Positions 56,039 through 64,000 of a DNA stretch of 64,000 nucleotides are shown here, piece after piece. The stretch is from contig CM022671.1 in the NCBI GenBank assembly GCA_012295275.1, positions 19,158,001 to 19,222,000 on the forward strand. The letters are read 5' to 3'. Source of the stretch: Chrysomallon squamiferum (Eukaryota; Animalia; Mollusca). The translations under genes were made by a program, and so were the position numbers. How positions within the stretch are numbered: the first letter of the stretch is position 1; every line of letters starts with the position of its first letter. The notes beneath the pieces are model-generated. The model worked only from the letters and a program-made list of their open reading frames with translations, made no database searches and was not told where the DNA came from.

Positions 56039-59000
56039 AACAAACAAACAAAAACATAAAAAACAACAAACACTATTTCATTTTCACGTGGTATGCACCT
56101 GTCATTTCTTTCTCTGATTCATTGCCCAAGATGTTATCTTGACTTGTATCCATTTAGAATCGTCTGCATCGAATATTTTTGGAAAATCGCTTCAAATAAC
56201 ACTTGTTGAAAATTTATGTTTAACGTATATAATGCAGAAGAATCTGAAAGCAGTGGAATCAAGATTGCATGATATAAATTTCTTTTAGAAACCTGCTAAA
56301 ACTGAATAAAACCTGATTGTTTCAGATAATTAATGTGATGATGATTAATCTAGGTAATTAGTCAAAAGTAATTGCATCTTATTTTGTTGCATGTGTAATG
56401 GCATGTACAGAATTGTTTTCACTAAACAGTTTCATCTTGCAGTCACTTTAATGTATGAATTTTCAGATGAGCATATTGAGTATAGTAGATTATATTAATT
56501 ATCAATGTATAAATTGTTTTTTTATTATTATAAACCTATAAATTCTGATACATTGATGTGTCAATTTAATAAACTGATTCAGTGTTAAGAAGTCCTTAAA
56601 ATCTTTTATGCTTACTAGATAAATTATTTTGATTCAGAAAAGTCAATAAAATACATGTACATGGTAATGAACATTTCGTAGTGTTCTGAAGTTATGCACA
56701 TGCTAGAAAGGAACATAAAAGCTGAATCTCAAAAAGTTGTATTTTAATTGCAAAAGACCAGCAGAGAGTAGACTGAAAATGCATTACAAAATTAAATCTT
56801 GTTACATATTACTTTTAAATGATAAATAAACATTTCCTTTCTTTTATGTTACCCCAAGCCATTACACAATTTTATGACAGTCATTTTTTGATCAGTTTAT
56901 TTATGTGGGTTTTTTTCTTTAATATGTTCAGGTTGAAAATTATTAAAAGCCTTTTACATTTATTACATCTATCTTTATATTAAATGCATTTTCTCTTCTG
57001 GGGTCATTAAAAAGCTTCCTTAACTTTGGAGTTAAAACATCTTGACAAGATAACGTAAGTTAAAAAGCAAATGAGATAAAACCCACAACATACTTTTTTT
57101 TTCCCTGTATTATAACCCAGTATATGATTCCCAGCAGTTCCTCAACATATTTTTGAAAATAAACTTTTCTGTAAGCCAAAAACAAATAAGGTTTTTTCCC
57201 ATTCATTTTCACTATCATATCTCAAATTATTAAGGATGATGGATACACAAGGTAAGGTGCCCTGCTTGGTATGTAGCTTCCTAAGCTGAAAACTATCAAG
57301 CCATTGCTTTTTTTGTTTTTTTGTTTATTTATTTATTTATTTATTTATTTAAATATTTTATTTATTTATTTTACTTTCTTTTCATTATCATCTAAACACA
57401 AATATTGTTAAAGTTTAAAAATTAAACTAAAATATATAAAATACCCTTTTCTTGAAACAAAGAAGAAAAAAATATATATGTATCATCAAGATAAGTTATC
57501 TAACCGTATTTCTAAGTGTATGGTTTAAGAGTGCTTTCAAGAATGTATGATAAGGTGTACTGCCAACCTTGAAACATTCCCCATCACATCGGCTGAGTTT
57601 TTAAATTTAAAAAAAAAAAAAAAATTAATCCTCAAAAATTACTTATTTACCTTGTTAATGCATTACAAATAATAATAATAATAAACAAAAACAAAATAAT
57701 TAAAAATTCAACAAATTTAAACTTCTTGCAATAAAGGGCCCCCCCCAAAAAAAAATTAAAAAAATGGGGAAGCAGCAAACTTATATTAATGATACCAAAC
57801 AAATGTTATGTAACAGGTGTATTTTCTTTTCTGATAAACACAGTACTGGCTTTCTGATCAAAGAAATTCAAAGTCAAACCTTTGTGGGATTTGAAAGTAT
57901 ATGATAATGAGCATACAAAGGAAATGACCACCCTGAAGTGTTTCATTAAGTTCTGGCTGACTTCAAGTTCTAAATGGCCAATTTAGGTTATTTAACAGAT
58001 GCTGCATAGAGATCAGGTTTCATTCACAAGCTTCAAGACTTGTGATAAATTTGCAGGTTCATCTCATCCTCTTTCTCTCTCCTCTTTTTTTTTTTTTTTT
58101 AATCGGAATTTCTGAAATATTTCCAGGTTTATCACCACACTTTTCAAACATTCTGACCGCCAGCTACTATCTTCAGCCTGTAGTGACTAATACAGCAGAA
58201 TATGTCTGTGAGAAGTATATCTGCTAAATAAAATAACTATTCAGCTTACACGCAAACACAGACAACTGAAGAATATTCTGCAGTTTTTAATAGCTATATC
58301 AAATAACTAAAGCAAAAAAGAAAAAGAAAAAAAAGAAACCTAGCACAGTATAAAAAAAAATGTTGGCTTAATATAATAAGAATTTGACATACTTGTAAAT
58401 AAACATTTGTTTTCAAAAATGTTTGTGATTCAGGTTGGACCTGGAGAAGAGTTCATTATACCTGATACAACTGACCGAGCTCAAGCAGCACCCCCCAGTG
58501 GACAAGGCCTATACTTACCTGTTGACTTCTGTATTCCAGTTGGACCTATCTTTAACTTTGTCTCAGGTAAGCATCGATTATATAAAAATTTATTAAAATT
58601 TCTCTTTAAAGGATATTTTAAAATGCAATGATTTTATTTCTGTATTCATATGGCAGTTTCATTTAACAAAATAATATTTATAAAATCCTAATGTGTTCAA
58701 AAAATAATGTTTTCTGGAAATAAAATGTATAATACCTATTTGACACTAAAATATTTTGTAAATAAGAATTTGGAATATTTATAAATTTGTTTAAAATTTA
58801 GTTAAGCTAAATCTTATTATATAATAAAACTATTCTTCAGTGCATTCTTTAATATTACCTCTTTTGTGTTTTAAGAAAATCTGAACTGAATATCTGCTGT
58901 AAAAATTTATTAAAAAATATAATGATAAAATGGACAAAAACAACAAAAATTCAAAAAAAAGAAAATTTTGAAAATAAAATGAAATCATAAAAAGGACAAA

Positions 59001-62000
59001 AAACAACAAAAAACAACAACAAATAAATAAATAAATTTATAAAAAAAGAAAGATTATAAATAAAATAAAATAATTAAATAAATAAATAAAAATAACTTCA
59101 TCTTAATTACAGCATTTGTCGTTATGCCATCTGGTAAGAAGTCCTACCCAAAGATTGATGACAACCAGGATGGCACTGTGACCATTCGTTACCAGCCAAT
59201 TGAAACCGGCCTGCATGAGCTGCATGTTCATTACAACAACCAGTCTATTGAAGGTCAGTTTACTCTGTTCATTTCTTTTGGACTTAAACGTTCTACAAGA
59301 ACTCTGTTTTAATTTTGTCACTCTTTATCCATTTGTCAAAGTGAATTATCATTTAATGATTCTGAAAAAGTTGTTTAAGTCAGTTTTCTTGATGATTAAA
59401 AAAATGATTTATTCAAATAAACAATTAAGATAACATAATGCAAACTTTTTGGAAGACCAGTCATGGTGCAGAAACAAATAGCAATTAAAAAAAAAAAATC
59501 ATTATACAGGAGCAATAACTAAGTAAGTAAAGAGAAAATTTTGGAGTGGGAGCATACCTTTTTAAATTTATTAAATATATTTTTTATAATCTTATTTTTA
59601 AATATTTGTTTTATAGGAAGCCCATTCCTGTTCCACGTTGATGCTGTTAACAGTGGTTATGTAACTGCATATGGTCCTGGTCTGACCCATGGTGTCGTCA
59701 ATGAACCAGCCTACTTCACCATCAACACTAAAGATGCAGGAGCAGGTACGTTTTGTGTTGTCATTATTACATGGCTAGATAGCTACATACACATCAGCTG
59801 AATCTTCCAATTTCTTCAATAATAAAACATAAATAATATACTTTTCAGATCACATCATAAAAATTAAGAAAAGATAAAAAATCCAAAAAATTCTGTATTA
59901 TTTACCAGATGAGATTATAGCATGATGTTCTGAAAAACCTTGTCAGCAAATAATGTTAAAATATTTATTATGAACTCCTAATTTTTAAAAATAAATAAAA
60001 ATAAATTTGATATTATCTTTTCAGGTAATATTATGATGTAAGATTAATAAAACTTCATTTTGTAATTTTTTATTTAGATATTTTCTCATTTTCTATTTTT
60101 AAGGATAATTAAATGTCATAAATATCTTTTCATGGGTTAGTAATGACTACATATTAAAGTGATGAAAATAAATGTTTCTGATTATGTGAGCATGTAATGA
60201 AATAACATATTTTAATAGTATGTACATAAAATTTGTTTGTAACAGTGCCTCTGTATCTATTTTAGGAGGTTTATCTCTTGCCATTGAGGGCCCTTCAAAG
60301 ACTGAGATCCAGTGCAAGGATAATGAAAATGGAACATGTACTGTATCGTACATACCCACAGCACCAGGAGAGTACTCCATCACGGTGAAGTTTGCTGACA
60401 AGCACATTGCTGGCTCTCCTTTCACTGCAAAGATTTCACGTAAGTTTATAAATAACATTTCTAGAGCTTTGTGATAAAGAATAATTGTTTTTAAGAGAGT
60501 TCTTGAAGCATCTTAAAAATGGAGGAGAACAAAATATGAAACCAGCTTATAAAAATATTTCTTTGATATTATATAATGAAATTTCATAGTGCGATCTGGA
60601 AGAAATTGAGGAATTTGAGTTTGTTTTAGAATTCGATGTTATCATAATACAGGCTTCAGATGATATAGATACATATAAGAGCTCAGTTAATAACCTTTTT
60701 AAAATTAGTATCAGTTACCCATCATTATATTAATTTCCAGACATTTCTGTTTCTGCATCATACCATTTTTCTGTCACATTTAATTTATTTTATGAACGTG
60801 GTATGTTATGTAACTTGTTGTAATTGTTTTGGAATTTGTTTTATAAAAATAAAATAAAATGAATCATTGTGTAGTTTCTAATTGGTATGATCTGTATGGC
60901 AACTTACTATATGTGTTTTCACATATAATTAAAGTTTAAAAAAAAAAAAAAATTATGAGTATGTGAAGTATTTCATTGCTTGCATTAATAATTTACATGA
61001 ATTTTATAACCTTTTTTCTATTTGAAATACTAATTACTCCTTCACAGTGATATATACACACACACACACACACACACTACTTAAACCAAATGCTATATAT
61101 TTTTTAAAAGGGCGTCTTCAAAATAATATTAATATAATTTTGTTTGTTTTGTCATTCAAAAATGTGTAAATGTTGTTTTTTGCCTTCACAGCTGGAGAGC
61201 CAAGACGAAGAGCTCAGTTGTCAGTGGGCAGTAGCAGTGAGGTGTCACTGAAGGTCACTGAAACAGATATTTCTTCTCTCAGTGCTTCCATCAAAAGTCC
61301 ATCTGGACGACTTGAGCCATGTCTCCTCAAACGCTTGGCTAATGGACATTTAGGTAAGCCATCAGCTCTGTCTACTGTAAAAGTTATTCTTTTTATATTA
61401 CCAAATGTGTATTATATATAAGATATACATTTGTATATAGATTTATGGTTTGTTTTTTGTAAAATATATATGAAAAGGAAAAATGTTTGGTACTGATTTG
61501 GAAAAACTTTAAGAGATATCACTTCTATCATACTAACTTCCTGTTTTTCTCTCTTGCATTCACATAACATAACCAAATATGAAAGGTTTTGGTGAAAAAT
61601 GCTGTTTGCATACCTTTGTAGTTGTTTTGATATTTTATATTAAAGAAATCTATCTAAAATACATTCAGAATTCACATAAACCACTGGTAGGTAATAATGA
61701 TGCATTATTTTAAACAAAAAGCACTTAAGAATATCATCATTAACGTCTGCCACACTTCTTGTACAAGTTGATGTTTCTCTGTAAAGCAGTCAAGCACAAA
61801 GTGTCTGCTTCCTGCTTAAATTGAATTAGCTAAAACAGAATAATTATTCAATTTTCACACAACCTGGAATAACTTGGAATTCTTTTTTAATCTATTCTTG
61901 AAGCATTCTGTGATAAACAGTCAATTTCCACTTTTAAGTTTATAGACCATTCTCACTGTAAAGAGAGGAATGAAATTATGTTTTGGTTTGTGAAAATCAG

Positions 62001-64000
62001 TTTATTATGTGCAGTATATTAATAAAATAATAATAATAAATATTAAAAAGTATTAAAATCAATAAATAAAAAAGATATTTGTTATTCCTTCAGTAGAAAT
62101 ATTTAAACATAACAGACTGTGTTCAAATAACATTTTATATCTACAAGTATTTCATAAAATTAGGTTTTCACATTTTTAGAATGGTTTATTATCATAAGAA
62201 CAAATAAAAAAAAAAAAAATAACAGAAACAAAAAAAAAGCATTTCCAAGACATACTTTTATTTTTCACCTTCATTTTTTTCAATGTAGCATTTGGTATAT
62301 TTTTACTTTTTTTAACCTTAGTTATATATAGTTCATTTCCAGATTATCAAAATTATTTAATTCATGCCTACAAAGTAAATAATAAAAGAAATAAGTAAAT
62401 AAATAAATTTTATCTTTTACTGACAATTTGAAAAGTTGCAGACTGATTAGATGTGGCTTCATTATTTTGTCTGTTTTTGTTACAAGTTTTAATGAGTTTT
62501 TCCAAATCTGTTCTATATAACCTGCGTGCTCAGTTTGTCTTTCTAACTGTTAGCCAAGAAACCTGAATCTTGAGTTACACAGGAAGGAAAAAAACGAAAA
62601 AGGGATATTTTTAACCTTGTGTTAAATAAAACAACAGTAGCATTCATTTGTTATGAATGTTGTTCTAGGTTGTTTTTTTTTTTTTTTTGGTTTTTTTTGG
62701 TATTCTGTTCAGCTCAATGTATTTAAATGTATTTTCTTTTGTGAATGTTGTCTCTTTTCTGGATATTGTTTTTAAACAAAAATTTAAAAAATGTTAATAA
62801 AATTCTCAGTAGTTAAATAATACATAATGTTTTAAATTGGTTCCCTTTCCAGAAAAAGATAATGAATTCTTCAAGTGTTTTGAAAATAAAATGTGTAAAG
62901 CAATTACATGTTTTTCTTTGTCATGGTGCAAAAGAAAATTTTGGCTTATTTTTAGTTTTGAAATCTGTTTGCTTAGCCCATCATCATCTTTGTCATCATC
63001 ATTACCATCATTTTCATAATAATAATAATAAAGAAAATAAAATTATTTTAAAAAAATAAAAAAATATTAACATTATCTTAAATTTTTTTTTTTTTTTTTT
63101 TTCAACAGGTATCACTTTCACTCCTCGTGAGACAGGAGAGCACCTGGTCAATGTTTTCAGAAATGGAGATCACATTGCAAACAGCCCTTTCAAAATATTT
63201 GTTGGAGAGAGTGAGCTGGGAAATGCTAGCAAGGTCAAGGTCAGTGGGAAGGGCCTCAAAGAAGGAATGGCCAATGAAATCAATGAATTTACCGTGGACA
63301 CCAGAGAAGCAGGTAAGATAAATAAAAAATAAAAATAATACTGTTTTAGATATTTTAGGTCAATAAAATTTAATACATATTTTAGTGTATGGTTTTAAAC
63401 AAACATGTTTTATTTTGTATGTGATTTATGTTTTTAAAATTAAATTGAATTTGAAGTAAAATGAGTGACAGTCAGTTTTAGTTTATAGTAGGCTTTTTAT
63501 TCAGCCTCTAGTTAAGATGAAATGGTTCTTAGCATATAATATTTTGTAAGAAACCACTTTTTTTCATGTAAACCTATTTTTTTTTTTTAATTATAGAAAT
63601 CATGGGACAAATTATAGTTATAAGGAAGCTTCTTTTAATTATTTTTACATTGTCTTTTAATATTTAATTTTTTTAATTTATTTATTTTTATTTATTTATA
63701 TTTTTTGATATTAACCATATGAAATACATAGAACTTTGACACAATATATTTTTTTCTGCTGAGTATCACTGAATATTCCTTTATTCATTATAATTATATA
63801 ATTATATTGTTATTTTAATTGTATTGTATTATTTAATATAATTTCAGGATATGGTGGAATGAGTCTGTCTATTGAAGGCCCCAGCAAGGCAGACATAGAA
63901 TGTCATGACAACGAAGATGGCACCTGTCAAGTAACCTATAAACCTACTGAGCCAGGAACCTACATCATTAACATCAAATTTGCTGATGAGCATGTGCCTG
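2215..64000 (+). CDS. FLN: Filamin gene (FLNA/cheerio family), multi-exon, 3'-truncated by the window
   Basis: Spliced translation gives [17 protein letters not shown] (CH1), [19 protein letters not shown]2, then repeated filamin Ig motifs (K.V.A.GPGL ... F.VDT..AG ... DNGDGT..V.Y.P...G.Y.......IP.SPF). All exons join in phase at GT-AG boundaries. Confidence 0.98.
6208..6253. repeat. (CA)n microsatellite
   Basis: Direct reading. Confidence 0.95.
6716..6757. repeat. (ATT)n microsatellite
   Basis: Direct reading. Confidence 0.9.
7362..7600. repeat. Diverged minisatellite, about 46-47 bp unit, about 5 copies
   Basis: GGTGTTTG recurs at about 7366, 7412, 7459, 7506 and 7551, each followed by variants of GTAAATGCTATCTACAGAT. 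Confidence 0.85.
18479..18558. repeat. (TG)n microsatellite
   Basis: Direct reading. Confidence 0.95.
20344..20375. repeat. (GT)n microsatellite
   Basis: Direct reading. Confidence 0.9.
21973..22056. repeat. (TG)n compound microsatellite
   Basis: Direct reading. Confidence 0.9.
23151..23190. repeat. 13-bp tandem repeat (TGAGTGGGTTTAG)x3
   Basis: Direct reading. Confidence 0.9.
23854..24105 (+). CDS. FLN: Filamin exon 2 (end of CH1, start of CH2)
   Basis: tttcag|AC; [29 protein letters not shown]...DACGP; G|gtaaag; 252 nt; follows a 21.3-kb intron. Confidence 0.96.
24481..24578 (+). CDS. FLN: Filamin exon 3 (CH2)
   Basis: [33 protein letters not shown]; ttag acceptor, gtaaaa donor. Confidence 0.95.
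25023..25289 (+). CDS. FLN: Filamin exon 4 (end of CH2, start of Ig1)
   Basis: [24 protein letters not shown]...[10 protein letters not shown]...KQEP|gtgagt; phase 0. Confidence 0.95.
26177..26254 (+). CDS. FLN: Filamin exon 5a (Ig1 middle; alternative, canonical-length version)
   Basis: ttccag|[26 protein letters not shown]|gtttgt; 78 nt, phase 0-0. Confidence 0.92.
26324..26413 (+). CDS. FLN: Filamin exon 5b (paralog of 5a, probably mutually exclusive)
   Basis: tttcag|[30 protein letters not shown]|gtaggt; 90 nt, phase 0-0; aligns end to end with 5a. Confidence 0.88.
29687..29849 (+). CDS. FLN: Filamin exon 6 (end of Ig1, start of Ig2)
   Basis: [54 protein letters not shown]; tttag / gtattg. 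Confidence 0.95.
30353..30559 (+). CDS. FLN: Filamin exon 7 (Ig2)
   Basis: [16 protein letters not shown]...[13 protein letters not shown]; G|gtatgt; phase 1-1. Confidence 0.95.
31334..31372 (+). CDS. FLN: Candidate 39-nt microexon A in the Ig2-Ig3 linker ([13 protein letters not shown])
   Basis: gttttcatgttag|...TTATCAG|gtagtt; phase 1-1, open; 30/39 nt identical to microexon B, with 5 of the 9 differences silent. Confidence 0.75.
31820..31950. repeat. (TATAA)n pentanucleotide repeat between microexons A and B
   Basis: Direct reading. Confidence 0.92.
32027..32065 (+). CDS. FLN: Candidate 39-nt microexon B in the Ig2-Ig3 linker ([13 protein letters not shown])
   Basis: tctgggtag|...TTATCAG|gtagtt; phase 1-1, open; paralog of microexon A. 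Confidence 0.72.
32377..32419 (+). pseudogene. Degenerate third microexon copy (pseudo-exon, or an 18-nt exon 32402-32419 encoding ARRFPS)
   Basis: Same ATCAG|gtagtt end and TTTAGT start as copy B; 43 nt with an in-frame TAG at 32403; deleting one G gives [14 protein letters not shown]. Confidence 0.5.
33119..33200. repeat. (AAT)n microsatellite
   Basis: Direct reading. Confidence 0.9.
34069..34206 (+). CDS. FLN: Filamin exon 8 (Ig3)
   Basis: [46 protein letters not shown]; phase 1-1. Confidence 0.95.
34549..34812 (+). CDS. FLN: Filamin exon 9 (Ig3/Ig4)
   Basis: [25 protein letters not shown]...[32 protein letters not shown]; G|gtatgt. Confidence 0.94.
35001..35191 (+). CDS. FLN: Filamin exon 10 (Ig4)
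   Basis: [28 protein letters not shown]...FDASR|gtttgt. Confidence 0.95.
35533..35790 (+). CDS. FLN: Filamin exon 11 (Ig5)
   Basis: [13 protein letters not shown]...[12 protein letters not shown]|gtgaga. Confidence 0.95.
36130..36250 (+). CDS. FLN: Filamin exon 12 (Ig6)
   Basis: [40 protein letters not shown]; G|gtaaaa. Confidence 0.95.
36549..36773 (+). CDS. FLN: Filamin exon 13 (Ig6, first strand of Ig7)
   Basis: GDVAIALTD...[13 protein letters not shown]...[12 protein letters not shown]; A|gtaagc. Confidence 0.95.
37215..37784 (+). CDS. FLN: Filamin exon 14 (Ig7, Ig8, first strand of Ig9; probable cassette exon)
   Basis: 570 nt, phase 1-1; KMPMGVEK...KVKAYGPGL...[15 protein letters not shown]; G|gtaaaa. 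Confidence 0.94.
39415..39498. repeat. Degenerate ~28-bp tandem repeat x3 (core CACTGAAT)
   Basis: ttcactgaatatt, tccactgaatgtt, tccactgaatgtt at roughly 28-bp spacing. Confidence 0.65.
39535..39708 (+). CDS. FLN: Filamin exon 15 (Ig9)
   Basis: [15 protein letters not shown]...[16 protein letters not shown]; G|gtaact. Confidence 0.95.
39861..39920. repeat. ~31-bp direct duplication (AAAATATTTCAACCAG...TTGAAAA)
   Basis: Two adjacent near-identical copies. Confidence 0.8.
39990..40100 (+). CDS. FLN: Filamin exon 16 (Ig9/Ig10)
   Basis: [37 protein letters not shown]; G|gtatgt. Confidence 0.95.
40460..40672 (+). CDS. FLN: Filamin exon 17 (Ig10)
   Basis: [32 protein letters not shown]...KFDEKHIP; G|gttgtt. 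Confidence 0.95.
41155..41325 (+). CDS. FLN: Filamin exon 18 (Ig10/Ig11)
   Basis: [29 protein letters not shown]...TTDQA; G|gtgaat. Confidence 0.95.
41522..41645 (+). CDS. FLN: Filamin exon 19 (Ig11)
   Basis: [41 protein letters not shown]; AG|gtaaaa, phase 2. Confidence 0.94.
41898..42051 (+). CDS. FLN: Filamin exon 20 (Ig12)
   Basis: [22 protein letters not shown]...EVFVQ|gtgagt. Confidence 0.95.
42567..42756 (+). CDS. FLN: Filamin exon 21 (Ig12/Ig13)
   Basis: [25 protein letters not shown]...GDASRCKIT; G|gtaaag. Confidence 0.95.
43053..43297 (+). CDS. FLN: Filamin exon 22 (Ig13, last rod-1 repeat)
   Basis: [20 protein letters not shown]...[16 protein letters not shown]|gttagt; CAGAAG tandem acceptor. 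Confidence 0.95.
50298..50329. repeat. (TTA)n microsatellite
   Basis: Direct reading. Confidence 0.9.
55708..55746 (+). CDS. FLN: Candidate 39-nt hinge-1 microexon ([13 protein letters not shown])
   Basis: (TTTG)n tract, ctactag|GCA...CAG GAG|gtgagt; phase 0-0, matching flanking exons 22 and 23; open frame. Confidence 0.8.
55975..56052. repeat. (CA)n/(CAAA)n compound microsatellite
   Basis: Direct reading. Confidence 0.9.
58434..58566 (+). CDS. FLN: Filamin exon 23 (hinge 1 and start of first rod-2 repeat)
   Basis: [44 protein letters not shown]; G|gtaagc. Confidence 0.92.
59113..59253 (+). CDS. FLN: Filamin exon 24 (Ig14, like vertebrate Ig16)
   Basis: [39 protein letters not shown]; G|gtcagt. 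Confidence 0.95.
59617..59745 (+). CDS. FLN: Filamin exon 25 (Ig15, like vertebrate Ig17)
   Basis: [43 protein letters not shown]; G|gtacgt. Confidence 0.95.
60266..60439 (+). CDS. FLN: Filamin exon 26 (Ig15)
   Basis: [29 protein letters not shown]...[10 protein letters not shown]; C|gtaagt. Confidence 0.95.
61192..61353 (+). CDS. FLN: Filamin exon 27 (Ig16, like vertebrate Ig18)
   Basis: [18 protein letters not shown]...[13 protein letters not shown]; G|gtaagc. Confidence 0.95.
63109..63312 (+). CDS. FLN: Filamin exon 28 (Ig16/Ig17)
   Basis: [28 protein letters not shown]...[13 protein letters not shown]...DTREA; G|gtaaga. Confidence 0.95.
63848..64000 (+). CDS. FLN: Filamin exon 29 (Ig17, like vertebrate Ig19), runs to the window edge
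   Basis: [51 protein letters not shown]. Confidence 0.95.

Noticed and set aside
60010-60031. ttttcag|gtaata ratchet-like site
   Set aside because: Lies in a ~520-nt intron where recursive splicing is unlikely; probably chance

Overview
AT-rich eukaryotic (invertebrate animal, plausibly lophotrochozoan/mollusc; taxon is inferred) genomic DNA. One large plus-strand filamin gene (FLNA/cheerio family) spans nearly the whole window. I traced 29 coding exon positions by hand with consistent GT-AG phases, from the ATG at 2215 to the window end. They encode the CH1-CH2 actin-binding domain, 13 rod-1 Ig repeats, hinge 1 and four rod-2 repeats; the gene continues past 64000. The notable content is a hidden alternative-splicing layer, mostly missed by the ORF track. 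(1) A tandem array of duplicated 39-nt microexons between Ig2 and Ig3, each encoding an RRLS basophilic kinase site, plus a degenerate third copy. (2) A duplicated, probably mutually exclusive exon pair in Ig1. (3) A symmetric 570-nt exon whose skipping removes exactly two Ig repeats. (4) A 39-nt hinge microexon with dense splicing-factor motifs. (5) Possible internal promoter(s) in the 15-kb hinge intron. I saw no RNA genes, CRISPR arrays or coding transposons. The other listed ORFs are intronic or antisense noise.
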